A DNA stretch of 64,000 nt from a virus (lineage: Duplodnaviria; Caudoviricetes). Shown here piece by piece: positions 19,477 to 28,666 of the stretch. Positions within the stretch are counted from its first letter, which is position 1. Each line of letters opens with the position of its first letter. The stretch lies in IMG/VR virus record IMGVR_UViG_3300033463_000012. One strand, written 5' to 3'. The notes under the pieces were generated by a model that was not told where the DNA came from, searched no databases, and was given only the letters and a program-made list of their open reading frames with translations. A program made the position numbers and the translations under genes.

Positions 19477-20216
19477 TCAGAATAATGTCATTAGGCAGTA
19501 ATTGTGCAGACCTTTCATATCTTGGTGATTTTCGGGTTCCTGGTCCTGTTGACAATTGGGTGGCCAATCATGGATTTGAAGATGCATTGCATCTTTTCAC
19601 TGATTTCAAACAACAGATAGAAAGTGGATGGTTGGAAGCAAAACCAAGAATAAAAGCATTTGCTGAAGACAGTGACATAAATTTCAGATATGAGTCTTAT
19701 TCATGCATTCATCTTGACATGAGAAATCCTGATATTGTCAAGAAGGTTTTCAAACGTTATGAAACAATGATTGAATTTGCAGAAAAGGTGAAGGCCGACC
19801 CGGAATGCTATTTTTCGTATACCTTGGGGTGTCATGATATTTGCAAAGAGAAAGGATTGTTCGTATTAAAAAAAGAAACTGTAAATGCAATCAAAGAATT
19901 TGGCAAGACATTTCCATTGAACAAACTCATTCTGGTCGGGACGACAAAGGTCAAAGTGAAGGGTGGATATTTCAATGGTTATATTGAAAAGAAACCAGAA
20001 TTTGCCAATTATGTTTTCATACCGGATATATCAGTGTCTGCAAGAAAGTTGACCAAGAAAGAAAATTCAGAATGCATGCGAAAAAACATGGATCATATAA
20101 ATGATCCGGGTGGAATACCTTTTAAGAAACCTTCAGATTTCATTGAGCATAAAAAGGTAATAGTCAAAAAACCTGTACATAAAAGGACTGTAAAATACGA
20201 TGATTGGGACGACTAA
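19473..20216 (+). CDS. DUF1796-like (putative papain-like) protein
   Basis: N-terminal SLGSNC..PGPVDNW, resembling SLGxxC..PFDW. Confidence 0.55.
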   Translation: MIRIMSLGSNCADLSYLGDFRVPGPVDNWVANHGFEDALHLFTDFKQQIESGWLEAKPRIKAFAEDSDINFRYESYSCIHLDMRNPDIVKKVFKRYETMIEFAEKVKADPECYFSYTLGCHDICKEKGLFVLKKETVNAIKEFGKTFPLNKLILVGTTKVKVKGGYFNGYIEKKPEFANYVFIPDISVSARKLTKKENSECMRKNMDHINDPGGIPFKKPSDFIEHKKVIVKKPVHKRTVKYDDWDD

Positions 20217-20997
20217 ACTCGAAATCACTGTCTGCACACCACTTGACAGAATAGACACCATCAAGCAAAAGGGCATGCCTCCTAATCGTGTCCTCTATGT
20301 TCCAGGAATCACTGACTCAAAAGGTGGCATTCCTGACCTCAATCCCTGGTATTGCGAAGCCACTGCCCTCTATTGGATGTGGAAGAAATCGAAGGCAAAG
20401 ATTGTAGGCCTTGAACATTATCGCAGATTCTTCGTGGACAATCAAAACAAATTCCTGACCGAGACTAAAATCCAGGACCTTCTCAAGGTTCATGATGTCA
20501 TAGTCGCGGAACATAGATACCTAGGCAAACCCGAAACCTGGCCGATTGTCGCCCAGTCCATTGTCACTGGTTGGGAAGGCAGAAAATTTCAGGCATACAA
20601 GATGATATATGGCTTCATTCTTCATCTGGCCAGGAATCCGAAGACCTATGACTTCGCCAGATTCGTCCTCAATGACCTATACGATGAGCAGACTCTGTAC
20701 AAATGCAATATGTTCATAGCCAAGAAAAAGCTGTTGAACGAGTGGTGCGAGTTCATGTTCCCTGCACTTGATGAATGGTTCAAGACCGACGGGATGGTCC
20801 TTGATCAAACTAACATGAGATTGGTCGGATATGTATTTGAACATATCTTTGGTTCTTGGCTCAAATGGAAGGAATACAAGATATATGTCAGTCCCTATCT
20901 GGTGTTCGACAAGGAATTGAAGGAAGTCGACCCATTACAGATGGGAGTGGACGGGTTGAAGTATCTGCAGCCGACAAGCAAGGTCAGATACTTGTGA
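20200..20997 (+). CDS. Second DUF4422-family putative glycosyltransferase
   Basis: LNPWYCEATALYWMWK..VGLEHYRRFF, CNMFIAK, RLVGYVFE; paralog of 17048. Confidence 0.85.
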   Translation: MIGTTKLEITVCTPLDRIDTIKQKGMPPNRVLYVPGITDSKGGIPDLNPWYCEATALYWMWKKSKAKIVGLEHYRRFFVDNQNKFLTETKIQDLLKVHDVIVAEHRYLGKPETWPIVAQSIVTGWEGRKFQAYKMIYGFILHLARNPKTYDFARFVLNDLYDEQTLYKCNMFIAKKKLLNEWCEFMFPALDEWFKTDGMVLDQTNMRLVGYVFEHIFGSWLKWKEYKIYVSPYLVFDKELKEVDPLQMGVDGLKYLQPTSKVRYL

Positions 20998-20998
20998 G

Positions 20999-21005
20999 CT
21001 AAATT
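20999..21005 (+). promoter_or_regulatory. Putative late promoter CTAAATT
   Basis: Exact intergenic motif. Confidence 0.7.
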
Positions 21006-21028
21006 GAATAAACATTAAGGAGTGTATT

Positions 21029-21808
21029 ATGAGAAAGAAATATGAACTAACAGATGAAACAATGGAATGGAAAGGACATACCTTGCATCGGATTCGTGCT
21101 CTCAAGAATTTCAAATACACCGAAGAAGGTAATCTTGGTGGTTGGGTTGAATCAGAAGACAACTTGAGTCAAGAAGGCAATTGTTGGATATATAGCCATG
21201 CCAAGGTATATGACAATGCGGTAGTAATGGACAATGCTGATGTATCTGGTGATGCTCAAGTATATGGTAATGCAGTCATAAAAAAAGAAGCGAAAGTAAG
21301 TTATAATGCCAAGGTATATGGTAATGCCACGATTGAAGGAGATTCCTTAGTATTTGGAAATGCAACCATTTGCGACAATGCCAAATTACTGTGGCATGCT
21401 GAAGTGACAGATCATGCCATTATAGCCGATAATGCCAAGGTATCTGGTAATGCCAAGGTATATGACGATGCTGTAGTAAATGGATATGCCGAGATACACG
21501 ACAGTGCCGAAGTATATGGTAATGCTCATGTATCTGAAAAAGCATGGGTATATGGTGAAGCAAGAGTATATGATGATGCTCATATATACGGAAGTGCTCA
21601 GGTTTATGGAATTTCCAAAGTATATGAAGAAGCACAGGTATATGAAAATGCAAAGGTGTCAGGTGATATTTGGATCAATGGCAAAGCCGATGTTCACGGT
21701 GATGTTATTCTTGGGCCTGCTGTTGGTCAGTTAGATATTTGTGGAACTGCAAATATTGAATCGAATGATGATGTCAATATTCCCAGAGGTAGAAAAACAA
21801 TTCATTAG
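21029..21808 (+). CDS. Hexapeptide-repeat (left-handed beta-helix) phage protein
   Basis: KYELTDE..LHRIRAL..LGGWVESEDNLSQEGNCWI followed by about 25 AKVYGN-type repeats. Confidence 0.9.
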   Translation: MRKKYELTDETMEWKGHTLHRIRALKNFKYTEEGNLGGWVESEDNLSQEGNCWIYSHAKVYDNAVVMDNADVSGDAQVYGNAVIKKEAKVSYNAKVYGNATIEGDSLVFGNATICDNAKLLWHAEVTDHAIIADNAKVSGNAKVYDDAVVNGYAEIHDSAEVYGNAHVSEKAWVYGEARVYDDAHIYGSAQVYGISKVYEEAQVYENAKVSGDIWINGKADVHGDVILGPAVGQLDICGTANIESNDDVNIPRGRKTIH

Positions 21809-21829
21809 GATTTTGAAATAGGAGCATAT

Positions 21830-22771
21830 ATGAAGCAACCAATAATGGTCAATGAATTCGATGAAGATTTGTTCGATTCCTTTTATGAAGGCAGTGCATT
21901 GACTTTCCTTGGAATGGTCCCGGAGGAAGCCCAGAATTATCTTGACTATTTCAAGGACTATACCGACGTCGATGACAATGTCCAGTGCTACATCGTCAGC
22001 GGAAGTGCAATGAATGACGGGTATGGCCTGCGGGGATCAAACAGATATCCGGATGACCTTCATATCTTCATTGTCCCCCTGGAAGCGTTCGGTGATGTAG
22101 GCAAGATCGCCATTCCTCGGTTCCAAATCGGTGGCCGTTGGTTTGATGACGTAGTCGACAACAATGCTCGGAAAAACATGGAGGAATCCTGTCATTGTCG
22201 TGGTCATCAACTCAATGAACGATGGAGTTCAGACGAAGATACGGTTTATTCATGTCTTCATTATTGTAATAAATATGAAAAGCCAATATGGTTTGCAGAA
22301 TTGAATGACGATGAGTATTATTTTGACCTGTATTTAAACATAGGCCGTTTGCTTGGAGAAGCCAAACCGCTCATTCCTTCCAATCTGTTGAAAATATGGG
22401 AAGCATTAGCAGATTATGAATTCGAAGACGAAGATGCAGATACCATAGATTTTGCATACAATTATGTTAAGACTGGAGATAATGGACACTATGGCAATGA
22501 CCCCGATGCAGAAGGTTATGCTTATGCAAAGTTGAACATAGATGGAAATATCAATATAGAGGATTACATTATTCCGGTGATTGAAGGCGCTTTGGGCATA
22601 GTGAATGATCCTAGCAATGGCTTTATTGACAAAGATGCTAGTTTAAGTGAAGATGAACTTCTGTCTGCAGAAAATATCTTCATCGATGCACTTGTCAAAA
22701 CATATAATTCAAATGGATATGACAAAGAATTGAACGATTTGGATGGAAAAGAATTCGAGGAAAATTTTTAA
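21830..22771 (+). CDS. Hypothetical two-module protein with linker MEESCHCRGHQLNE
   Basis: Module 1 GSAMNDGYGL..YPDDL..GGRWFDDVVDNN; linker 22178-22219. Confidence 0.85.
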   Translation: MKQPIMVNEFDEDLFDSFYEGSALTFLGMVPEEAQNYLDYFKDYTDVDDNVQCYIVSGSAMNDGYGLRGSNRYPDDLHIFIVPLEAFGDVGKIAIPRFQIGGRWFDDVVDNNARKNMEESCHCRGHQLNERWSSDEDTVYSCLHYCNKYEKPIWFAELNDDEYYFDLYLNIGRLLGEAKPLIPSNLLKIWEALADYEFEDEDADTIDFAYNYVKTGDNGHYGNDPDAEGYAYAKLNIDGNINIEDYIIPVIEGALGIVNDPSNGFIDKDASLSEDELLSAENIFIDALVKTYNSNGYDKELNDLDGKEFEENF

Positions 22772-22794
22772 GGTAGTCAAAAGATGATAAATAC

Positions 22795-22828
22795 AAACCC
22801 TGCCCCTCAAAAGGCAGGGTTTTCTTTT
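22795..22828 (+). terminator. Rho-independent terminator
   Basis: AAACCCTGCC-CCTCAAAA-GGCAGGGTTT followed by T tract. Confidence 0.85.
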
Positions 22829-22859
22829 GACCCTTCATCCAAATTTTTATTATATTATA
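22827..22859 (+). promoter_or_regulatory. Early/middle-type promoter before RNase H
   Basis: TTGACC...TATTATATTATA, same -10 block as the minus-strand early promoters. Confidence 0.65.
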
Positions 22860-22884
22860 CTCAGGAAAACCACTCGGAGGTTCC

Positions 22885-23760
22885 ATGACTCTATTTCTTG
22901 ACTGGTCAAACTACATGTATCGGTGCCTGTTCGTCTCCCGAAATCAGGATCCTTTTGACGATGAGTTCAAACTTTGGCGCCATATCATTTTCCGCTGCCT
23001 CATGGATGAAATCAAGTCATTCAATCCCGACGAGGTGGTGATCGCGGGGGACGGCAGAAATCCTTGGAGAAAGGCGATTTATGCAGATTACAAGGCCGGC
23101 CGAAACAAGGGAAGGGAGGAATCCCCAGTTGATTTCGACAAATTCTTTCAGGTTGCAGAAGAGTTCTGGCTTGAATTGAAGGAATCTTTCCCCAACATCA
23201 AGTGGCTCAAAAAGGAAAGAATCGAAGCCGACGACATCGTGGGGGTTCTGGTGAAGAATCTGCATAAAGATTGCATGGCCATTACCACGGACAAGGACTA
23301 CATTCAGCTCCTCAAATACCCGGGCTTCAGACTGTTCAACCCGATCAAACGGGAAGATGTGAAATCCTTGAATCCCAAAATGGATTTGGATGTCAAGTGC
23401 ATCTGCGGAGACGGGTCGGACAACATCTCCGGAATCAAGCGCGGAATCGGTCCTAAACGTGCGGAGAAGTTGCTGACCGAAGGAAAGCTGGACGAATTTC
23501 TGAACAAGGACGAAGAAGCGAAAAATTCCTATGTTCGCAATCGTCAGCTGATCGACATGGACAACATTCCTCAGGACATTCAGCTGGAAATCCTGAACGA
23601 ATACAAGTCCTATCCAGTTCAGCGGTTCGACACGGAAAGGTTCAAGAAGTTCATTATGAAGAACAGCCCAAGCATGATCCTTGAAACATCCTCCCTCGCA
23701 GCCAGTCTTTCCAAGGTCGGCAGTGTTCCGATATCCAATATAGACAGTTTCATCCAGTAG
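22885..23760 (+). CDS. rnh: RNase H / 5'-3' flap exonuclease (T4 rnh-like)
   Basis: LFLDWSN, WRKAIYADYKAGR, IEADDIVG, TTDKDYIQL, GDGSDNISGI..GIGPK. Confidence 0.95.
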   Translation: MTLFLDWSNYMYRCLFVSRNQDPFDDEFKLWRHIIFRCLMDEIKSFNPDEVVIAGDGRNPWRKAIYADYKAGRNKGREESPVDFDKFFQVAEEFWLELKESFPNIKWLKKERIEADDIVGVLVKNLHKDCMAITTDKDYIQLLKYPGFRLFNPIKREDVKSLNPKMDLDVKCICGDGSDNISGIKRGIGPKRAEKLLTEGKLDEFLNKDEEAKNSYVRNRQLIDMDNIPQDIQLEILNEYKSYPVQRFDTERFKKFIMKNSPSMILETSSLAASLSKVGSVPISNIDSFIQ

Positions 23761-23761
23761 G

Positions 23762-23869
23762 CTCCCTGGCTGTCTAGGAGCCACTCAGGGGCCATTTCTG
23801 ATGAGGTAGCTATAACTTACTAGCTCTCGAACAAATGAATCCTAGACCATCCTGGAAGCTGTAGGAGAG
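23762..23869 (+). repeat. Dispersed ~105-bp dyad-symmetric element, copy 2
   Basis: Core GGTAGCTATAACTTACTAG at 23805-23823 with periodic arms. Confidence 0.85.
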
Positions 23870-23875
23870 TTGTAG

Positions 23876-24187
23876 ATGATAGCAGAGCCATTTGAGCAAC
23901 AATTGTTTGTAAAAATCATTTCAAAGAAATTGGAAGAGTTCGGAATATCGCTTGTTAGTTGTCGCTATGAGTATGACTCGATTACTTCTACTCCTGTGAA
24001 GTTTAATAATTTCATATATTTTATAGATTTTAGTGATGAAGATGAATTAAAGGTAGTGCACATCACCTACCCCAATTTTCCAGTTCCTATGCAAATTTCG
24101 TCTTTTAAGGAAAAATCAATGAAAGAAATAATCGAAAAGGTGACTAGATTCTTTGTAGAACATAAAGACGATTCCAGGTTGATCTGA
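23876..24187 (+). CDS. Hypothetical protein (FxxxLFxxILxKKL family)
   Basis: 103-aa ORF; SD GGAG; FEQQLFVKIISKKLEEFG. Confidence 0.75.
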   Translation: MIAEPFEQQLFVKIISKKLEEFGISLVSCRYEYDSITSTPVKFNNFIYFIDFSDEDELKVVHITYPNFPVPMQISSFKEKSMKEIIEKVTRFFVEHKDDSRLI

Positions 24188-24537
24188 TGAGTTTCCAAAC
24201 TTCACTGCTAATCAACATTCTGCAAAAGAAATTGGCAGAACATGGTTGGGAAATCGACATCAGTTTTGATTCAGTGGTTCCCGGTTGCACATTCTTTTAT
24301 GTCTGGACAAAAGATGATAAAATAATGTTCCGGATTCATGTGGAATTCAATGGAGATATCGGCCACGTGTTCATCAGAAAAATATGGAAGGACGGTGTAT
24401 CTCATAAAATTCCTGACATCTGGTCCAAAGAGGAAAGCGAGCTGATCAACAAGACAATCGAAGCGATGGAAAACGAAAAACATCTCAAGACAAGGGTGAA
24501 GAAGAAGGATGTCTTGAATAGGATAAAGGGGAAATGA
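24187..24537 (+). CDS. Hypothetical protein (same family)
   Basis: TGATG overlap; FQTSLLINILQKKLAEHG. Confidence 0.75.
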   Translation: MSFQTSLLINILQKKLAEHGWEIDISFDSVVPGCTFFYVWTKDDKIMFRIHVEFNGDIGHVFIRKIWKDGVSHKIPDIWSKEESELINKTIEAMENEKHLKTRVKKKDVLNRIKGK

Positions 24538-25556
24538 TAGCTGCACAGGCATTCTTCACTCGCAGCAATGGTGGTGTTCGTGGGGACATGACACAGGACT
24601 TTTGGTTTCATGTCGGATTCAAGGACACTGACATAAAGATGATACAATATGCTAAGGACAATCCTGATGACGTGGACTTTGTCCTTTCTGGTCGGTCTCC
24701 TTTCCTTGACGATTTCATAGCCAGGGACATGATGGAATATCTTGACAAACGACCTGGCTGCAAACTCATCTTGATCGAAGGTGGTCGTTTCCCTGAATAT
24801 CATTTTCCTGAGTCTGGACCTTGTCGTGAAATTCTGTCCCGAGTCAAGTTGTTTCTGCACAACTCCGAATTTCTGTCAGAAGATTGGGACGTAATTTCTC
24901 ATACAGTGAAATCGAGTCAGATAAAGATGACAAATCTCAATGTATTCACTCCGAGTTTCCCTGACATCATTCCATTGGAAGAACGCTTGCCTAATGTGTT
25001 CATGTTCGGAGCGGTTTCGGAATACAAGGGAACATTGGACTTTTGGCACAACTTTGATTCCTACAAGAATGACAAATATGCCTTTGGTTCCGCAGGTTCA
25101 GTTGGTCCTCATGTCATGATGCAGAACAAGATTGAATATGTCAAGGCGCAGATGAATCAGCCACTGAACAAAAACATATTCAATTTCGTCGGTGCATACG
25201 AGAAGGGATGCAAATGGATTGAATGGTTCCTTCCTCATACTCGGTTCGCATTGTTCGGTTGGAAGCCAAGGCCTTGTATGATCGAGGCACCTGAGTATTC
25301 CTTTCTTGAATGCATTGACAGAGGAGTTCCGGTTGTGGTCAGGAAGGACTGGTTGGACTCGATCAAGGTATTCGGGCGGAAACCTGACATTCAGAATTCG
25401 GGAATCATCACCTTTGAAGATTGGTCAGAGTTGAAGGACTTGGACAAATACGAGCCAGACTACACTGACATCATTCAAAAACAGCGAGACTTCCTTTCCA
25501 AATGGTGGGGAAAATCCGTAGCGGAAAACTTGGAAAAACTGTTCAGCGAGGCATAG
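24534..25556 (+). CDS. GT-B glycosyltransferase, DNA alpha-glucosyltransferase-like
   Basis: N-terminal GGV, FGAVSEYKG, EAPEYSFLECIDRGVPVV resembling T4 AGT EYTxLExxxxGxIPV; next to replication genes. Confidence 0.6.
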   Translation: MIAAQAFFTRSNGGVRGDMTQDFWFHVGFKDTDIKMIQYAKDNPDDVDFVLSGRSPFLDDFIARDMMEYLDKRPGCKLILIEGGRFPEYHFPESGPCREILSRVKLFLHNSEFLSEDWDVISHTVKSSQIKMTNLNVFTPSFPDIIPLEERLPNVFMFGAVSEYKGTLDFWHNFDSYKNDKYAFGSAGSVGPHVMMQNKIEYVKAQMNQPLNKNIFNFVGAYEKGCKWIEWFLPHTRFALFGWKPRPCMIEAPEYSFLECIDRGVPVVVRKDWLDSIKVFGRKPDIQNSGIITFEDWSELKDLDKYEPDYTDIIQKQRDFLSKWWGKSVAENLEKLFSEA

Positions 25557-25592
25557 AATAGTTATATTTGGCCTATAAGGAGAAAATCATAG

Positions 25593-26549
25593 ATGAGTGC
25601 TTCTGACATCTGGGTTGAAAAGTATCGCCCGTCTCACGTGAAGAATGTCGTCATGCCTGAACAATATCACAAGTTCTTTCAGGACATGGTGGACGAAGGT
25701 ACATGCAAGAACGTGTTGCTTTACAGTTCCACCCCTGGTTCCGGGAAGACTTCTTTGGCCAAGGCGATTGTGAATGACCTCAAAGCCGACTGCAAATACA
25801 TAAACATTTCGGCTCAACGAGGCATCGATGTCCTAAGAGATGAAATCACCACCTTTGCGACCACCCAGTCATTTGTGGCCGATGGAAAGAAAATCATCAT
25901 CTGTGATGAGTTCGATGGAGCTACGGTCGCACTGCAGCAGGCACTTCGTGCAGCCATTGAAACCTACGAGAAGAATTGCAGATTCATTCTCACCTGCAAT
26001 TACGTGGAAAAGATCATCCCGGCTCTGCGTGAAGGTCGACTGCAGATGTTCGACTTCAATTTCCAGGACGAGAAGTTCAGGAAGGAATTGCGGCCGAAGA
26101 TGATCGAACGTGTTTCCGGAATCCTCAAGCACGAGAATGTCGAATTCGAGCAAGAGGCAGTGAACGAGATAGTGGACAAAAACTATCCCTCGCTCAGAAA
26201 GATGTTGTCCATGGTTTCCAAGGTAGCCAGCATGTACGGGAAGGTTACCCTGGAGAACATATCCACATCCGAGACACTTCGACAGCAGTTGTACAAGTTG
26301 ATCGAAGACAAGGATTTGACGGGCGCGCGGAAGTTCGTCATAAACAACTCCTTGGACGTCGGCGAGCTGTATTCCCAGATGTGGCGGGAATGGGTGAACG
26401 ACATGGACATTCAAGTTCAGGCGGTGTTGATCCCGAAGCTGGCTACCTATCAGTATCAGCACAACTTCGTCTTGGACCCTGAGTTGAATTTCACCGCTTG
26501 CATCCTGGAAATCATCAGTGCACTCTGCGAGGTCAACGACAAGCAATGA
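25593..26549 (+). CDS. gp44: Clamp loader large subunit (gp44-like)
   Basis: WVEKYRP, PGSGKTS, IICDEFD, QQALRAAIE..NCRFILTCNY. Confidence 0.96.
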   Translation: MSASDIWVEKYRPSHVKNVVMPEQYHKFFQDMVDEGTCKNVLLYSSTPGSGKTSLAKAIVNDLKADCKYINISAQRGIDVLRDEITTFATTQSFVADGKKIIICDEFDGATVALQQALRAAIETYEKNCRFILTCNYVEKIIPALREGRLQMFDFNFQDEKFRKELRPKMIERVSGILKHENVEFEQEAVNEIVDKNYPSLRKMLSMVSKVASMYGKVTLENISTSETLRQQLYKLIEDKDLTGARKFVINNSLDVGELYSQMWREWVNDMDIQVQAVLIPKLATYQYQHNFVLDPELNFTACILEIISALCEVNDKQ

Positions 26550-27073
26550 CCAGTTATGAGGTCTTCAAGATAATTCTCAACTTCAGAGCCAAGCACTGTG
26601 GTTGTGGAATCAGACTTCCTATTTGCGACAAGTGGGAAAGGGAAAACAGAAACCCGAAGTCGAGCATAATCTTCATCTGCAATCAATTGTCAAACTTGTC
26701 TCAAACCAAGGAAGACATTGAATTTTTCGTGGGTTTGGCTCATGTGAAGTTCGGTGATCCTTGGGAAAATATGAAAAAATTTCTTGAAAAAAACACTCCA
26801 CTCTCCCTCAAGAAAGAGCTATATTTAAGAACAGAACAGGACAACAAGTCCTTGGACAAACTTCTGAAAACCTCCAATATGTCCCTGTATGACCTCTTCA
26901 AATCTCCTCCGGGTGGAAACTCGATAGCGACCGCCCTGCTGAGGAATTTGTTGATAAACCCGTGGTGCTACGTCAATCACCTCAACGTAGTGGACGGACT
27001 CAAACTCAAAAAGGATGAGGTGAAAACATTGCGCATAGTAAAGGAGATAACACATGCCAAGAAACAACATTGA
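26546..27073 (+). CDS. Probable helicase loader (gp59-like, divergent)
   Basis: MTSYEVFKIILNFRAKH resembles gp59 N-termini; immediately upstream of gp32 as in T4. Confidence 0.5.
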   Translation: MTSYEVFKIILNFRAKHCGCGIRLPICDKWERENRNPKSSIIFICNQLSNLSQTKEDIEFFVGLAHVKFGDPWENMKKFLEKNTPLSLKKELYLRTEQDNKSLDKLLKTSNMSLYDLFKSPPGGNSIATALLRNLLINPWCYVNHLNVVDGLKLKKDEVKTLRIVKEITHAKKQH

Positions 27074-27923
27074 TTTTTCGTCCCTCAAAGCCCAGATTGA
27101 CCAGATGTCGCATCGTGGTCCGAAGCGTCAGCCGTCAGACCCTCGCTTCTACGATCTCACTTTCCCTGAAGGCGAGACTCGTGCCACCGCGATCATCCGT
27201 TTCCTTCCTTCCAAGATTGGCGATCCTAACTGCTTCGTCAACGTGAAGTCGCACTGGTTCAAGTATTCGACCCCGGAAGGAACCCGCAACTTCTATGAAC
27301 CCTGCCCTCGCACCATCGGTCATAAGTGCCCCATTTGTGACTACGCCTTCGCCCACAAGGACGACAAGGGGAAGATGGCCGGCGACGCCTTCATCACCAA
27401 CATCATGGTGATCAAGGATCCCAACAAGCCCGAGAATGAAGGCAAGGTTTTCCTGTTCCGTTTCAAGAGGGACGTCTGGAAGAAGATTCAGCAGGTGATT
27501 TCTCCTGAAGACGGCATTGATGAACCCGCGAACATCTTTGACTTGGAAAGCGCTCCCAACCTCAAGTTGGTTTGCACCAAGCGTTCCGTTCCTGGTTTCG
27601 TCCGCCCTGTCGCTCGCTACGATGAATCCGCTTGGACTTCTCCCACCCCGATCATCATCAAGGGCGAGAAGATGTCCGAGGAGTTCTTGGACAGCATCAA
27701 CGACAAGGTCTATTCCCTGGAAGAATTCATCGCTCCTGACAAGTTCAAGAGCTATGAAGAATTGCAGGGCAAGTTCGACCTCGCCGTGAACACCCTCTCG
27801 GAAGTTCCCAATGAAGCCGAAGCGCCTTCTGCAGAAATTCCGGAATCCTCCCCCAAGACTGACTCCAACAAGTTCGTGAAGGGTCAGGACACCGTCGGGG
27901 AAGATTTCTTTGACAACCTTTAG
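27054..27923 (+). CDS. gp32: Single-stranded DNA-binding protein (gp32-like)
   Basis: DPRFY, AIIRFLP, EPCPRTIGHKCPIC, VIKDPNKPENEGKVFLF, acidic tail. Confidence 0.96.
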   Translation: MPRNNIDFSSLKAQIDQMSHRGPKRQPSDPRFYDLTFPEGETRATAIIRFLPSKIGDPNCFVNVKSHWFKYSTPEGTRNFYEPCPRTIGHKCPICDYAFAHKDDKGKMAGDAFITNIMVIKDPNKPENEGKVFLFRFKRDVWKKIQQVISPEDGIDEPANIFDLESAPNLKLVCTKRSVPGFVRPVARYDESAWTSPTPIIIKGEKMSEEFLDSINDKVYSLEEFIAPDKFKSYEELQGKFDLAVNTLSEVPNEAEAPSAEIPESSPKTDSNKFVKGQDTVGEDFFDNL

Positions 27924-27945
27924 TGTGTAAATCCTCTCACACCGT

Positions 27946-27977
27946 CGGGGGCTCCTAACTGAGCCCCCTTTTCTTTT
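27946..27977 (+). terminator. Terminator after gp32
   Basis: GGGGGCTC-CTAACT-GAGCCCCC followed by TTTTCTTTT. Confidence 0.88.
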
Positions 27978-28000
27978 GTCTCCATTATTCAAAAGAAAGG

Positions 28001-28107
28001 CTCCCTGACTGCACAGGAAAGTCAAGGAGCCACTTTCTGATGATGCTAGTATAAACTACTAGGCCTATGTACAAATGGCCTAGGACTCATCCTGGTCAGT
28101 GTCAGAG
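28001..28107 (+). repeat. Dispersed ~105-bp dyad-symmetric element, copy 3
   Basis: CTCCCTGACTG..GAGCCACTTTC-core GCTAGTATAAACTACTAG-AAATGGCCTAGGACTCATCCTGG; overlaps the 3' end of the convergent ORF. Confidence 0.8.
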
Positions 28108-28577
28108 AATTTCTCCCTGGACTTGCGAACATTCTCGTCCAGCTTGCGGATGCATTCCCAGTTGGCCATGGGGACGATGGTGTAATTTCCGAGACAGGGA
28201 AGACTTTTCTTTTTCGACTGAGGAAAAACCTCCTGTCCGATGAGGAAATTCTTGATGAGTCCTTCGACGGAAATGTCCAGAGAGGGATCAATTTCCTTGG
28301 CTTCGTTCAGGATTCGGTCGACCTTCGCTTCAATCCACGGGGTCAACTTGAAATACTTCCCGCGGCCCACCTGCTTGTAGACGAAAAAGCCACCGCTCAC
28401 CATGGCGGCGACCAATTCATTGCAGGAAATGTAGCCCTTGGACTTGAACATGATGGAATCCGCGTTCACCCCTTCCGGAAAGCAATAGGGGACGAAAAGC
28501 ATCTTCATGTAGGTGGAAAATCTCACCTTGCCGTTTTTCACGGTATATGGCGTCTTGAAAGTAGGAACATTGACCAT
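28080..28577 (-). CDS. Hypothetical early protein
   Basis: Start at 28577 (MVNVPTF) after SD CAGGAGG and an early promoter. Confidence 0.8.
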   Translation of the reverse strand: MVNVPTFKTPYTVKNGKVRFSTYMKMLFVPYCFPEGVNADSIMFKSKGYISCNELVAAMVSGGFFVYKQVGRGKYFKLTPWIEAKVDRILNEAKEIDPSLDISVEGLIKNFLIGQEVFPQSKKKSLPCLGNYTIVPMANWECIRKLDENVRKSREKFSDTDQDES

Positions 28578-28607
28578 AGTGGCCTCCTGACATAGTGTGG
28601 TTCTATG

Positions 28608-28643
28608 TATAATATAATAACTTTTCGGCCAAATGGTATACAA
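28608..28643 (-). promoter_or_regulatory. Early promoter
   Basis: TTGTAT..GGCCGAAAAGTTATTATATTATA. Confidence 0.75.
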
Positions 28644-28666
28644 AATTTGAAGAAAATTCACCTGGA

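Noticed and set aside
21200-21700. Tandem 18-bp DNA repeats (GCCAAGGTATATG..)
   Set aside because: Fully explained by the hexapeptide coding repeats.
23798-23832. Hammerhead-like CTGATGAG-stem-CGAA in element copy 2
   Set aside because: It reads GAAC rather than GAAA, stems I and III are not evident, and most other copies lack CTGATGA.
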